A stretch of DNA of 64,000 bases from Nitrososphaeria archaeon (GCA_050011875.1 JBEKIG010000003.1:1-64000), one strand, 5' to 3'; counted from the first letter of the stretch, positions 50,587-61,290 are shown. Notes: a model not told the origin generated them from the sequence alone. Numbers and translations are program-made.

Positions 50587-51780
50587 CTAATTACCCACTA
50601 CGGACTCGTAGATCTTGATTGTCATTTCCGCAACCTTATCCCACGTGAACCTGTTCGCAAAGCGTCTCCCGTTTTGAGATAGCTTTGTTCTCAGATCTTG
50701 GTCTGAAATCAGGTTCTCTATGGCTTTTGACAAGGATTTCGGGTCACGTGGAGGTACAAGCAGCGCATCCTCTCCGTTTCTGGCAAGTGAAGGAAAACCC
50801 GAAATATTTGAGCTTATAACGCTGGTTTCCGCGACCATAGCTTCCAGCATAGAAATTGGACCCGCCTCATAGTCTGAAGACATGATAAAAATATCGGAAG
50901 CTCTATAATGGAGCTCAAGTTCATCGCGTGTGAGCCATCCCAAGAATTTTACTTTGTCATCGATCTTCAGCCTTATCGCCAGATTTATCAGGTTTGGTCT
51001 TAAGGGACCGTCTCCCCCTATCCTTACTTCAATCTTCTCTAAATACTCACCTTTGAGGAGTGACAATGCTTCAAGTAAAATATCGAGTTTCTTTCTTGCG
51101 ATGTGCTGGCAAGAGGTAAAGAGCAGTATCCTATCATCCTTGATGCCTAGCATTTCTTTGGCCTTTCCTTTAGAAATTGGAGAGTACATGTTCCTCGGAT
51201 CGACACCGTTCATTATTGTCACAAGTTTACTTACTCCCAACCTGTACTTTCTCGCGAGTTCATTTCTAACATGCAATGCGGGAGTAATTACTACCTTACT
51301 TGTAGCCAAAGACGCGTATTCCATCAGGAAACCAAATGACGTATAGAAAACCATGCGTTCGATATTCCTAAAGTGTGGGGAGCCAGCCAATATTGACGCG
51401 ACTTCCGAATAGCTGGTGTCATGAATAGTTGTAACCTTATTCTGGGCCTTGATCAGCCCACCGACATAAGGCTCCTGGATGTGGACGACATCGTACTTAT
51501 TTCCTTCGATGATCCCTATTATTTTTCTGGTGAATGAAGCAATGTCATAAGGAATTAGGAGGTCTCGTGATATGGGTTGACCCTCCCGGCTTATCATGGA
51601 GCTTTTTGGATCGATAAAGGTCACTTTCCCATTAGATTTTCCTGAATTCCCAAAGGAAATGACGTCGACGTCTACCCCAAGTTGTTCCAGTGAATTGACC
51701 AGGTTATACGTATGCGTGGCGACTCCACCGACGATAAATGGCGGATACTCTCTTCCGACGATTAGAACCCTAAGGTCCAT
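50587..51780 (-). CDS. Glycosyltransferase GT4
   Basis: EYPPFIVGGVA, TTIHD, EAGPISMLEAM, FTWD. Confidence 0.93.
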   Translation of the reverse strand: MDLRVLIVGREYPPFIVGGVATHTYNLVNSLEQLGVDVDVISFGNSGKSNGKVTFIDPKSSMISREGQPISRDLLIPYDIASFTRKIIGIIEGNKYDVVHIQEPYVGGLIKAQNKVTTIHDTSYSEVASILAGSPHFRNIERMVFYTSFGFLMEYASLATSKVVITPALHVRNELARKYRLGVSKLVTIMNGVDPRNMYSPISKGKAKEMLGIKDDRILLFTSCQHIARKKLDILLEALSLLKGEYLEKIEVRIGGDGPLRPNLINLAIRLKIDDKVKFLGWLTRDELELHYRASDIFIMSSDYEAGPISMLEAMVAETSVISSNISGFPSLARNGEDALLVPPRDPKSLSKAIENLISDQDLRTKLSQNGRRFANRFTWDKVAEMTIKIYESVVGN

Positions 51781-51804
51781 CTGACGTTCAATTGTAGTTA
51801 TTAG

Positions 51805-52740
51805 TTAATACAAGACTTGGTTGATGAGCGTATTTATGTTATTTTCGGGTTTAATCAAGAAAGTTTGTGAAAGTTTCTGAAAGTTACTGAAGGCTCTATT
51901 AGGTTTTGACGAAGCTGTGGTTATGGCGTATATGCTGTCTTCATATCTTTCCAGGTCTTCTATTGCCTGGTCTAAACTGACAATGCCTGAAGCGAGGATG
52001 TTGATGGCGATGATTTTGCTTTTCTTACCTACCTCTTTAATCGCATTTTCAACTCCATCCTTACTTTCTGTCATTTGATAACCCACCCTGTTAATTGGTG
52101 TCATAATATATTCTGGAAAATGACCACTTTTTGTGAGAGAATTGGACAAAGAACTAAAATTCCTAGTTTCTAAACCGAATCCGACATTGAACCTAGTATT
52201 CATGTGACGTTCTAAAGGCTTTATTGAATCCATAAGGTCAAATGCTATAAAAAGCTCAGTTAACACTTCATGTAATAAAATACCCTTGATGTTTTTTCTA
52301 GGCAAGATTTCAAAGTAGGGGATAAGCTCCGATTCAAGAAAAACGCCCGCTAACCTATCTAACTTCAGGGTCAAAAGTGATACAAGAGCGTCTGAAATAG
52401 ACATTTTGGCGCTGAAGAAGTCCCTTAACTTAGATTTGATAAGCGCTGGCGTTCCGTCAACGTTGCTTTTTCTAACGTATGATTGTGAATAAGGCACAAG
52501 GATATAGTAGTTCATCCTTCCCAGAAGTGCTTTATCAGAATCATGGAAGTACGTTAGAAGCTCAAGATTGCTTTTGTGGCTCGAAAAAGTGAACCCTGTC
52601 GCACCGCCCTCTAAGGCCGCTCTAACTACATTAGCTTTATTCTCTAATTGACATTCTTTATCCTCCTCCTTAGCCTTTTCCTGACATAGATGACTGACTC
52701 CGATGAAAGCGTTATCCCCAAGTAAGAGTTCCCTGACCAT
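51805..52740 (-). CDS. Conserved hypothetical protein, possible aldo/keto-reductase-like barrel
   Basis: LLLGDNAFIGVSH, MTPINRVGYQM, IAINILASG; coupled to the oxidoreductase gene. Confidence 0.6.
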   Translation of the reverse strand: MVRELLLGDNAFIGVSHLCQEKAKEEDKECQLENKANVVRAALEGGATGFTFSSHKSNLELLTYFHDSDKALLGRMNYYILVPYSQSYVRKSNVDGTPALIKSKLRDFFSAKMSISDALVSLLTLKLDRLAGVFLESELIPYFEILPRKNIKGILLHEVLTELFIAFDLMDSIKPLERHMNTRFNVGFGLETRNFSSLSNSLTKSGHFPEYIMTPINRVGYQMTESKDGVENAIKEVGKKSKIIAINILASGIVSLDQAIEDLERYEDSIYAITTASSKPNRAFSNFQKLSQTFLIKPENNINTLINQVLY

Positions 52741-53789
52741 TACATTTGTGCCTTCCGATAGAGTTCGTCAACTAAATACATTGTTTCACGCACATTCTCT
52801 AAACTGGTCAGAGGCTCTTCTGATGAACAAATAGTCTGTAGAAAATGCATGTTTTCTAGGGTATATTCGGGATCGCCGAGGTTAACTGGAGGCGTACTCT
52901 GATAGTAATTGGGCTTGTACAGCTCTAACCTCTTATTCCTTTTTTCGGGATAGTTCCCTATATATTCCACCCTAAGGTGATCTTCAGTAACCTCCAAAGT
53001 TCCCTTAGAACCCCTGATCATGATATAAGTTAAAGGCACCCTATGTTCAGGGCTTGACCATGTTGTCTCAACAAAAACATCGGCTCCTTTGGCAGTCTTC
53101 ATGGTAAATTCAAAATAGTCATCTACATTTGTAAAAATCTTTTTGAAGTTAGATGATTTTACCGTGTCTATTTTTAACATCCAATTAAGAAGGTCTACTA
53201 GATGTATCCCTAAATCAAGCAACACACCCCTACCAATATTGTCGAATCTATCCGTACGTGTTAATATATCACTTGACTTTATGTAAGAAGATACATTTTC
53301 TATCTCGCCGATTTCACCTTCTGAAATTATATTTTTTGCATGCCTAAACGGCAGCGCAAACCTTTTCTGGAACCCCACCATAACCCTTTTGCTTGACCCT
53401 TTCTTGTTAATCAACGAGCTTAGCTGTCGTGAGTCAATTGTTGGCGGCTTTTCTACAAATATGTTTTCAACTTGAGACTCAAGCAGTCTAGAAACAATGT
53501 TATAATGTGAACCCGCTGGTGTAGTCACGTAAACCGTATCAGGATTATTTTTTCGCAGCATTTCATCCAAGTCCCTATAAAATTTGGTACACTTGATGAT
53601 CCTTGACGCGCCAAAGGTAAGTAGGCGCCCTTTGTCAACGACGGCTTTGACACTTCCGGGCTTGAGCAGGTTAAGAATTCCACTGTGTAATGCGCCCATC
53701 TTTCCAAAACCTACAATGGATATATTGAAATCCTGATTCATGTAGCTTTTCCAGTTCTCAACTTCTTGGAGAATTTTTTCTGTTGACAT
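52740..53789 (-). CDS. Gfo/Idh/MocA oxidoreductase
   Basis: IVGFGKMG, TPAGSH, FVEKP, VGFQKRF, GVLLDLGIH. Confidence 0.93.
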   Translation of the reverse strand: MSTEKILQEVENWKSYMNQDFNISIVGFGKMGALHSGILNLLKPGSVKAVVDKGRLLTFGASRIIKCTKFYRDLDEMLRKNNPDTVYVTTPAGSHYNIVSRLLESQVENIFVEKPPTIDSRQLSSLINKKGSSKRVMVGFQKRFALPFRHAKNIISEGEIGEIENVSSYIKSSDILTRTDRFDNIGRGVLLDLGIHLVDLLNWMLKIDTVKSSNFKKIFTNVDDYFEFTMKTAKGADVFVETTWSSPEHRVPLTYIMIRGSKGTLEVTEDHLRVEYIGNYPEKRNKRLELYKPNYYQSTPPVNLGDPEYTLENMHFLQTICSSEEPLTSLENVRETMYLVDELYRKAQM

Positions 53790-53808
53790 AAAGTAACACG
53801 ATATGGGT

Positions 53809-54741
53809 TTACTTACCGTTATGATTGTTGTTATTCGTAAACTTGTTCAGTCTTTCGATCATCCTGTATTCCATTCTTTTTATGTATAGTGCCATAATGG
53901 ATAGTAGTAGTGATATTATTCCTACGCCACCTACCGTAACCCCCATTATTGCCCAGACGAAGTGATTCACTCCCAGAAATAGTAAACTAATCACAACATA
54001 TGAAAGTATTATCACCGCGGGAAGAATGAAAAATGAACCTGCGGCTAGTATTACGAACGTCGGATTATATCTTAAGGCAAGACTTATTATATCCCTAAGT
54101 ATGGTCAGTCCTTGAGTTTTACCGAGCTTTGCTTTTCCAAGTCTGGATCTATAGTTACCGTTTACATTTGTAATCTTTCTAGATGTAGTTGCCACATGAG
54201 CGGCCATTTCTACTTCCAGACTAAAGCCTCTGAACTCAAACCAGAGATCTTTTCCGACATCGGTTTTGAGCAGGTACATACCTGATAAAACGTCTTTCAA
54301 TTCGGTTCCGAAAAGTAAGTTAAAGAAACCAGTTATGAACCCGTTACCTAGCCTGTTTAACAGGGGAATATTCTTTTTGCCTCCAATTCTCGCTACTATG
54401 ACTTCATCATTATCCTCTGCAATTTTGATCATATTTTCTACGTCATTAGGATCATATGTGTTATCTCCGTCCATAACCAAAAGGTACTTGGTATCTACGA
54501 GTTGAAGGACCGATTTTATCGCGTCTGCTTTACCCTTCCCATCTTGAGCTACGACTTCAACACCTTTCAAGCGCGTTATCTCAGGTGTTCCGTCTGTGGA
54601 ATGGCCATCTACGACTAGCATCTTTGTAAAGCCTTTTTGTTTAAGTTCGTCAATCACCTTGCCTATCGCTAAAGCTTCATTTAGAGTGGGTATGATGACC
54701 GTTATTTCATCCTTTGAGGGCGTTTGATGGTTTGTGATCAT
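53809..54741 (-). CDS. DPM1/AglJ-like polyprenol-phosphate glycosyltransferase (GT2)
   Basis: IIPTLNE, VDGHSTDGT, GKADA, MDGDNTYDP, DVLSG, R.G..KL; two C-terminal TMs. Confidence 0.9.
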   Translation of the reverse strand: MITNHQTPSKDEITVIIPTLNEALAIGKVIDELKQKGFTKMLVVDGHSTDGTPEITRLKGVEVVAQDGKGKADAIKSVLQLVDTKYLLVMDGDNTYDPNDVENMIKIAEDNDEVIVARIGGKKNIPLLNRLGNGFITGFFNLLFGTELKDVLSGMYLLKTDVGKDLWFEFRGFSLEVEMAAHVATTSRKITNVNGNYRSRLGKAKLGKTQGLTILRDIISLALRYNPTFVILAAGSFFILPAVIILSYVVISLLFLGVNHFVWAIMGVTVGGVGIISLLLSIMALYIKRMEYRMIERLNKFTNNNNHNGK

Positions 54742-54769
54742 GATTTATGACTTTACAAACATTTTTTCT

Positions 54770-55372
54770 TTAGGACCGCAGGGAAGTGAATTTTCTCTTT
54801 AATGCCCCTAAACCTAAGCATATGCTCAAAAAGGAGAGTGAAAGTAAGACAGAATCTAGTCTTACGCCGAAGGGGGTGTAGCTCAGTACGAGCGCTATTA
54901 GCGGTACAATTGTCAGCGATATTCCCATAGATAACACTACCCTTTCAATTTGCGATAGCTCTTCTTTTTTGTGATATAGGATTTCAATCAACGTCGAACC
55001 TGGAATGTATAGTACGAAGATGGAGCCGAGTAAATATCGTATGTAGACGAATGGTCCAAGAGGCACATAAACTGTTATGATTGTAGATGCGACCAATGCC
55101 GACAGAGCCCAAAACCATGCAGAATATGAGCTGAACAGGTAGGATCTCAAGGTTGCCGGAGGTCTAGGGTCGTAAAGATGAATTAGCCCTTCCTGATTTA
55201 ACGTATAGATCTTCTTGACTATCTCGTACTTTTTGATTTTCGTTGAATCAGAGAGAACCCTTATAGCTTCGCTTAACTTTGGTCCTTCATTTTTTCTGAA
55301 GAACTCTAAGATTTCGTTTGAACTTTCTGATTCTAAGCCGGAGCCGTTATGTTCAACCAAAGTTGGTTCCAT
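54770..55372 (-). CDS. DUF1616-like membrane protein
   Basis: 'RYLLGSIFVLYIPG', 'LSQIERVVLSMGISL'. Confidence 0.75.
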   Translation of the reverse strand: MEPTLVEHNGSGLESESSNEILEFFRKNEGPKLSEAIRVLSDSTKIKKYEIVKKIYTLNQEGLIHLYDPRPPATLRSYLFSSYSAWFWALSALVASTIITVYVPLGPFVYIRYLLGSIFVLYIPGSTLIEILYHKKEELSQIERVVLSMGISLTIVPLIALVLSYTPFGVRLDSVLLSLSFLSICLGLGALKRKFTSLRS

Positions 55373-55812
55373 TTTCCGCTATATTGTATTCCTTCTTTTT
55401 CCAAAGTCCACATCTCAAAAATTAGTTTTGCATCTGTCATGGGCTTACCGAAGGTTAATTTTATTGGTAAAGTAGTGTTTTGCTCTATTGGAAGGATGAT
55501 TTCGTAAGACGAAATTATGGGGGCGTTCGCAGGCTGAGTAGCATTGACGATCGTATTAGAGCTTCCGAGCTTGACGTATACGATATAGTAGGTGGTCTGT
55601 GCTTCATAGTTGGCAACGTAAAGGTAGAGGTTGAGGGTTTCGTTGACCTGCGTACTGTTTGGGTAGTCGCTCATCTTCATCTCAGGCCCAAGAACTGCAA
55701 TTTCTGAAAATGGCTCACTGATCCTTTCACCTAGTAGTGTCGAAGAGACTGCAAACATGCCTCCTACAACTATGAGAGCCAGCACTAGGGCTGTTACCTC
55801 ATCGTCGATCAA
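55333..55812 (-). CDS. DUF1616 C-terminal-like protein
   Basis: TM followed by 'EPFSEIAVLGP...SDYP' and 'QLWLNIT'. Confidence 0.75.
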   Translation of the reverse strand: MIDDEVTALVLALIVVGGMFAVSSTLLGERISEPFSEIAVLGPEMKMSDYPNSTQVNETLNLYLYVANYEAQTTYYIVYVKLGSSNTIVNATQPANAPIISSYEIILPIEQNTTLPIKLTFGKPMTDAKLIFEMWTLEKEGIQYSGKWNQLWLNITAPA

Positions 55813-56279
55813 CTAGGCCTCACCCTCCAATTTGCTCGGTATTTCGCCCAACTACTCCACAATATTCTTGGTAGGTAGAGGTAAACGAACGCACATGTAA
55901 CAGCAATAAATGCTATCGTCGAAACAAGCGAAACGTTTGTCGAGAGCGTCCTACTCTCGCCCTCCTTTATCAGGGACGGTATCGAACTATTTACGTTTTC
56001 AATTATTGATGAAGCCTGGGAAAGGAGAGAGCTATCCGAGCTGTTTCCCTCCGCTTGATCGATAAGCTGCAAAGCCATGTCAAGTTCCTGAGCTGGAAGG
56101 GTCACGTTTGCGCCCATTCTTTCTGCATCCTGGAGCCTAAAAAATGTGGACTTTACGTAATCCTTTAGTTTTAAAGCTTCCGTTGAATCATCCGTTTGGG
56201 CCTCCGTTCTAAATGACGAGAAAAAGGTATTTGAAAATAAAACTATAATCAATAAGAATACAAACAGCCTGCTTCTCAT
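55809..56279 (-). CDS. Secreted/anchored helical protein, unknown function
   Basis: Signal peptide, 'AERMGANVT' helical domain, C-terminal TM. Confidence 0.7.
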   Translation of the reverse strand: MRSRLFVFLLIIVLFSNTFFSSFRTEAQTDDSTEALKLKDYVKSTFFRLQDAERMGANVTLPAQELDMALQLIDQAEGNSSDSSLLSQASSIIENVNSSIPSLIKEGESRTLSTNVSLVSTIAFIAVTCAFVYLYLPRILWSSWAKYRANWRVRPS

Positions 56280-56319
56280 TTAAGTCATTGCCTAAATTTT
56301 TTTGCTTTGATTATCTGTT

Positions 56320-57273
56320 CTAGAACCGTAGAGCCAGCAGGTATAATGTCACGTTACTTAGACCATGAGCGAGCACGGGGGATATGAGACTGTTCGTCTT
56401 CATCATCAGATAACCAAATACGGAGGAAACCAGGAAAGCGGATAGGATTTCAAACGGATTAGACCATCCAATCTGAAACAAGGAAAAAATTATTGATGTA
56501 ACGTAGATCGACTGACCTTGTGTAAGAAATCCTGTCATATGAGTCTGAATTATACCCCTGAACAATAACTCTTCAGTAAGGCCGACAAAGACTATCATGA
56601 AGATAGCGACGTAAACTATGTTCTGAAGAAGGTTCGGTCCTATGCTGTTTGCCTTCGGACTTAATACCAAATACTGGAAGAGCCCTAACAGTAACCCTGA
56701 GGCGATTCCTGCAAGCATCTGCCAGCTTAACTTGGTTGTACCCCTCCATAGTCCAACCTTATCTAATGATATCCTCCTGAACCATACATACAGCATTATG
56801 CCAGTAACCAGTATAGTATATGCTATAGGGAGAATCAGAGCCGAATCCAGTACTTGGACTGGAAATGGAAAAAGGACTATCTTGATTGCAAAAAGAATGC
56901 CGCACGCTTCGAGAACGATTCTGACATCTTCCCCTCTATTTCTCAATAATGCGCCAAAGAGTGGAAGAACAAGAAAGCCGCCAAAGGCTAACATGATACC
57001 ATATAAGGCGTAGGCACTGCTCAAAAGGAATCCGTCAACGAAAGCGAGAACCATTACGATGTATGCAACCGATAAAAGCCTGATCCTTCTAAACTCGATG
57101 ATGTATGATACAATCAGTCCGGTTGACACAAAAATAAGGTTAAAGAAAAAAAGGCTGTAAGGATATTTAAAGTAAAAGAACAGGCCCAAATAGGACAATA
57201 CAGCCGCTATGGTAGACAGTGAGGTTGCTGTAATTATATCGTATGGAAATTCTAATTTGCTGCTAACCTTCAA
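56320..57273 (-). CDS. CPBP (CAAX protease/Abi) intramembrane protease
   Basis: TEELLFRG, FSLFQ (His replaced by Gln), AHGLSN. Confidence 0.85.
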   Translation of the reverse strand: MKVSSKLEFPYDIITATSLSTIAAVLSYLGLFFYFKYPYSLFFFNLIFVSTGLIVSYIIEFRRIRLLSVAYIVMVLAFVDGFLLSSAYALYGIMLAFGGFLVLPLFGALLRNRGEDVRIVLEACGILFAIKIVLFPFPVQVLDSALILPIAYTILVTGIMLYVWFRRISLDKVGLWRGTTKLSWQMLAGIASGLLLGLFQYLVLSPKANSIGPNLLQNIVYVAIFMIVFVGLTEELLFRGIIQTHMTGFLTQGQSIYVTSIIFSLFQIGWSNPFEILSAFLVSSVFGYLMMKTNSLISPVLAHGLSNVTLYLLALRF

Positions 57274-57299
57274 TTTTCTTACTTATCCATTTTACATTG

Positions 57300-57695
57300 T
57301 TAGACCATAAGGTTTAGAATTTCAAATAGGACTCTAAAAGAAAAAAGAATTACAAGCATTGAAGCAGGCGTCATCCAACTTTTTCTAAATTCCTCTATAA
57401 TTTTCCTACTTGTACCATACGACGGATCAGCCAATTCAACGTAAATGACCGTAGCTAGCGCGAGAATGGTTATGACTAAACTGCCCTGGAAAAAAGTATT
57501 TCCAAATATTGCTGTCAACTGGGACCCATCTAATGTCGTTGTATTAAAAACCATCGTGCCTAGAAAGTTTGTGCTAAGCACCGTGGACAAGCCGTAAAGG
57601 TTAGAGTTTACCCTAAGTAAGCCTATTACAGCCAATAGAAGGATATAAAGACCTATGATGATCTGTGGCCGGCGATCTCCCATTAAAAACGCCAT
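57300..57695 (-). CDS. Membrane protein, unknown function
   Basis: Three hydrophobic segments; co-oriented in the operon. Confidence 0.6.
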   Translation of the reverse strand: MAFLMGDRRPQIIIGLYILLLAVIGLLRVNSNLYGLSTVLSTNFLGTMVFNTTTLDGSQLTAIFGNTFFQGSLVITILALATVIYVELADPSYGTSRKIIEEFRKSWMTPASMLVILFSFRVLFEILNLMV

Positions 57696-57770
57696 TTGAT
57701 GTTCAGGATTTTAAACATTAATCTAGGACGTTGTTCTTAACTTTTACCGGTTATTATCCAGAGAATGTTT

Positions 57771-58049
57771 CTATTTGCTCTCCGGTATTGCGGATCCTGC
57801 TTCTTCATCCTTTACAGCTTTCATCTCTTTTTCTATTTCCTTTTCTATTTCTTCAATCGGCTTAGGTGGCGGTGTCGTGGCAAGCGTGTACCCTATCCAT
57901 CCGACTACAGCTAGACCTCCCGCAATAATTAGGAAGCCTGTAATCTGAAGCACTATTATTGAAAATGAGTACATCAGGAATCCGTAAACAATTATTCCAA
58001 CAATGCTTCCTAAAAGGAGCAGTGCCCCAATCAACTGATCTTTATTCAT
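57771..58049 (-). CDS. Conserved small 2-TM archaeal protein, copy 1
   Basis: 'WIGYTLATTPPPKPIEEIEKE'; paralog at 59653-59931. Confidence 0.8.
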   Translation of the reverse strand: MNKDQLIGALLLLGSIVGIIVYGFLMYSFSIIVLQITGFLIIAGGLAVVGWIGYTLATTPPPKPIEEIEKEIEKEMKAVKDEEAGSAIPESK

Positions 58050-58059
58050 CTTCTATCGC

Positions 58060-58488
58060 CTATTTTGTATACGTATGAGGGTTTATAAAAATACCCCAAT
58101 ATATAGCAAAGCTCCTGTCGCTCGACCATAACGCAGCCTCCTTGTAGCCGCAACTAACGGCGTATTTTGATATCCTATACGCTGATTTTATGCCAAGCAG
58201 GTAATTTCTGTACACAAAGGAAGTAAGTTCGGTTATTTCCTTGACTATTCTTGTTATGGCATGCAGTAGTTCCATGCTCTTGAACCTTATCTCTAGCTTG
58301 GAGCTGAGTAGGAGCAGGCTCCTGTCCATCTTCTCTAACTTTCTCCACGCACCAGACCTTTTCGCCTTGGTTATTATTTTAGCGAGGTCAGCCCTTATCC
58401 TTCCGCTGGTGTTGAGGAGAAGTCCAGTATGTTCATTTATTTCATTATTTTCTCTTATGGTTTTATCTTTACCGTTAAACCCTTGCAT
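58060..58488 (-). CDS. Hypothetical protein
   Basis: 142-aa ORF with 'KAKRSGAWRKL' and 'AVSCGYKEAALW'; its 3' part is duplicated at ~59942-60095. Confidence 0.65.
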   Translation of the reverse strand: MQGFNGKDKTIRENNEINEHTGLLLNTSGRIRADLAKIITKAKRSGAWRKLEKMDRSLLLLSSKLEIRFKSMELLHAITRIVKEITELTSFVYRNYLLGIKSAYRISKYAVSCGYKEAALWSSDRSFAIYWGIFINPHTYTK

Positions 58489-58621
58489 ACAATCTCAATT
58501 GCTTTCACAAAATGGTAAATAAGTTCTTGCTTGTATACTAATGGGAGATTTGGTCTATTTTGATGGGAAATATCATATTTTAGTTTACATTGAGAAATAA
58601 AATACAAGAAAAAAGACAGTT

Positions 58622-58780
58622 ATGAGATACATTTCCAGCGGCTCAAGGCACTTTTTAGAGCTTTTAACCTATAAATTGTAGACCTGGGTTGTCAACATTC
58701 CAAGGGAGTTCTATGACTTCGAAGACTTCGATAGCGGGAAGTGGGACAACTACGACCTTATCATCCCAAAAAACGGCGAA
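58622..58780. repeat. Composite duplication remnant (lrp 3' flank plus internal asparagine-synthetase fragment)
   Basis: 58622-58675 matches ~61343-61396; 58682-58780 matches 62606-62704. Confidence 0.92.
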
Positions 58781-58889
58781 ATTAGATGAACTGCTTGAAA
58801 CCAAACAAAGGTTGGGGAATATGTATGTAAGGATCAGCAGGATAACAAATTTTTTTAAATAACAAAGGTGGGCTAGCGATAACTACTTT

Positions 58890-59615
58890 TCATTTCTCTT
58901 CGAGCCATAGCCAGACGCAGGCAGCTAGGAGCCCTCCTATGATGGGAGCGGCCAAAAATAGCCAGAGCTGGTTCAAAGCAGTTCCCCCAACGATGACCGC
59001 TGGGCCAAGGCTTCGTGCAGGATTGACTGAGGCACCTGTGATAGGTATTCCTACAAGGTTAATTATTACCAGACTTAATCCGATGGATAGCCCAGCGAAA
59101 CCCTTAGGAGCCTTCTCGCCAGTTGACCCGAAGAAGACCATCAGTAGGATAAAGGTCAGGACCATTTCAGCGATAAAACAGGATAACATGGAGAACCCCT
59201 CAATTGAAGCTTCCGCGTAACCGTTCTGCGCTAGGCCTACAGTTGCAAGGTTATACTGCGGATTTCCTGCAGCTATGTCGTAGAGCATTGCGGATGCGAA
59301 TATCGCTCCAATACACTGCACCGCCACATAGGATACCGCACGTCTAACCTTCATCTTCCCAGCTGCCAACATCGATATCGAAACCGCTGGGTTTAGGTGG
59401 CATCCGGAGATACTTCCTATAGTGTATGCCATAGCAAGGTAGGAGAGGCCGAAGGCAAAGGCTGTTCCGATATAGTTTCCGCCTAGTAAAGAGGCAGCGC
59501 ACCCTATGAAGACATACACGAAAGTACCCAAGAACTCAGCAAAATACATCTTTGTTTGACTTGGTTCACCCGTAACAGGACTTGGTTCGCTCATTGCATG
59601 ATCTGTTTCGCTCAT
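58890..59615 (-). CDS. aqpZ: Aquaporin Z (MIP family)
   Basis: AEFLGT, SGCHLNPAVS, SVNPARS (two NPA motifs), QLWLF..APIIGG. Confidence 0.93.
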   Translation of the reverse strand: MSETDHAMSEPSPVTGEPSQTKMYFAEFLGTFVYVFIGCAASLLGGNYIGTAFAFGLSYLAMAYTIGSISGCHLNPAVSISMLAAGKMKVRRAVSYVAVQCIGAIFASAMLYDIAAGNPQYNLATVGLAQNGYAEASIEGFSMLSCFIAEMVLTFILLMVFFGSTGEKAPKGFAGLSIGLSLVIINLVGIPITGASVNPARSLGPAVIVGGTALNQLWLFLAAPIIGGLLAACVWLWLEEK

Positions 59616-59652
59616 AACAAAACCTTCAGGAAAACATCACAAGACATCATTT

Positions 59653-59931
59653 CTACTTGCTCTCTGATGTTGCAGGACCTGCTTCTTCATCCTTTGTGGC
59701 TGGCATCTCTTTTTCTGCTTCCTTTTCTATTTCTTCGATCGGCTTTGGAGTAGGTGTTGTCACAAGCGTGTACCCTATCCAGCAGACTACAGCTAGACCT
59801 CCTGCAATGATTACGAAGCCTGTAATCTGAAGCACTATTACAGGAAATGAATACAAAAGGAAGCCATAAACAATTATCCCAACAATGCTTACAAAAAGGA
59901 GCAGTGCCCCGATCAACTGATCTCTATGCAT
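59653..59931 (-). CDS. Conserved small 2-TM archaeal protein, copy 2
   Basis: Same length as, and highly similar to, 57771-58049. Confidence 0.8.
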   Translation of the reverse strand: MHRDQLIGALLLFVSIVGIIVYGFLLYSFPVIVLQITGFVIIAGGLAVVCWIGYTLVTTPTPKPIEEIEKEAEKEMPATKDEEAGPATSESK

Positions 59932-59941
59932 ATTCTATCAC

Positions 59942-60095
59942 CTCTTTCATATACATGTGAGGGTTTATAAAAATACCCCAATATATAGCAAAGCTCCTAT
60001 CGTTCGACCATAACGCAGCCTCCCTGTAACCACAACTAACAGCGTTTTTTGCTATCCTATACGCTGATTTTATGCCCAGCGGGTAATTTCTGTAA
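59942..60095 (-). pseudogene. 3' fragment of the 58060-58488 gene
   Basis: gagggtttataaaaataccccaatatatagcaaagctcct...ggtaatttctgta matches 58077-58212. Confidence 0.85.
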
Positions 60096-60312
60096 ACTTC
60101 CTTCTTAGAAATTACGAATTAAGATATAGCGACACATAATGGACGACTATAGCTTAATATTCAAACTTTCTGGGCTGTGTTGATCCTATCCTTTGGACGT
60201 GTACTAGCCTTTTTTGGATTCGACTTCATAGCTTCCTACCTATTTCTTTAGAAAAGCTTTATTTGGAAGGACTTAAACCTCCATTAATTAGTATCGTTAA
60301 AGGGTTTTAGAT

Positions 60313-61290
60313 TTGATGAAAAAAGCTCTTGTTACAGGTGGAGCAGGCTTCATAGGCAGCCATATTGTCGATGCCTTAATGTCTGATGGCCTCCGCGTTA
60401 CTATATGTGATAATCTCAGCAGTGGGAAGCTTGATAATATCCAAAGAAACTTAGGGAAAGATTCTTGCACGTTCTTCAAAGGGGATATGTTAGAAGGGAG
60501 TGCTGTTTCATACGTTCTAAAAGGCTGTGATGTCGTGTGGCATCTTGCAGCTAATCCTGAAGTTAAGCTTAGCTCCACAAATCCTGACATTCATTATAAG
60601 CAGAACATCCTGGCTACATATAACCTACTCGAAGCCATAAGGAAGGATGGGAACGTCAAGATCCTTTGTTTTGCTTCTACCTCCACTGTTTATGGGGACG
60701 CCCTTCAGATTCCCACTCTTGAAGATTGTTCACCTTTGGAACCTGTCTCAGTTTATGGTGCCAGCAAGCTTGCCTGTGAAGCTCTAATATCCGCTTACGC
60801 CCACACTTACGGGTTTAATGCCATCATCTACCGTTTAGCTAACGTTGTCGGTCCAAGGAGTGAGCATGGAGTTATCTACGACTTCGTCAGGAAGCTTCAG
60901 GGGAACCCTAAGGAATTGGAGATCTTGGGTGATGGCGCTCAGACAAAATCATATCTTCATGTTAGAGACTGTGTCGAAGCAATGCAATATGGTCTAGATA
61001 ATTCGAAAAAGCAGGTTGAAGTCTTCAACGTTGGTTCAGAGGACCAGATCAACGTTAAGGCTATAGCTGAGATAGTTATAGAAGAAATGGGCCTGAAAGG
61101 CGTTGAACTCAAGTTCACCGGCGGCGTTGACGGAGGCAGAGGCTGGATAGGTGATGTCAAGAATATGCTCCTAGATGTAGGTAAACTTAAAGCATTAGGT
61201 TGGAAACCTGAACTCAATAGTGAAAATGCTGTAAGGTCTGCTGCGAAAGACCTAATCAAGAAGATGGCGGTGGAGAGGAAGTCTCCTTAG
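60313..61290 (+). CDS. NAD-dependent epimerase/dehydratase (GalE-like)
   Basis: VTGGAGFIGSH, STSTVYG, YGASK. Confidence 0.95.
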   Translation: MMKKALVTGGAGFIGSHIVDALMSDGLRVTICDNLSSGKLDNIQRNLGKDSCTFFKGDMLEGSAVSYVLKGCDVVWHLAANPEVKLSSTNPDIHYKQNILATYNLLEAIRKDGNVKILCFASTSTVYGDALQIPTLEDCSPLEPVSVYGASKLACEALISAYAHTYGFNAIIYRLANVVGPRSEHGVIYDFVRKLQGNPKELEILGDGAQTKSYLHVRDCVEAMQYGLDNSKKQVEVFNVGSEDQINVKAIAEIVIEEMGLKGVELKFTGGVDGGRGWIGDVKNMLLDVGKLKALGWKPELNSENAVRSAAKDLIKKMAVERKSP

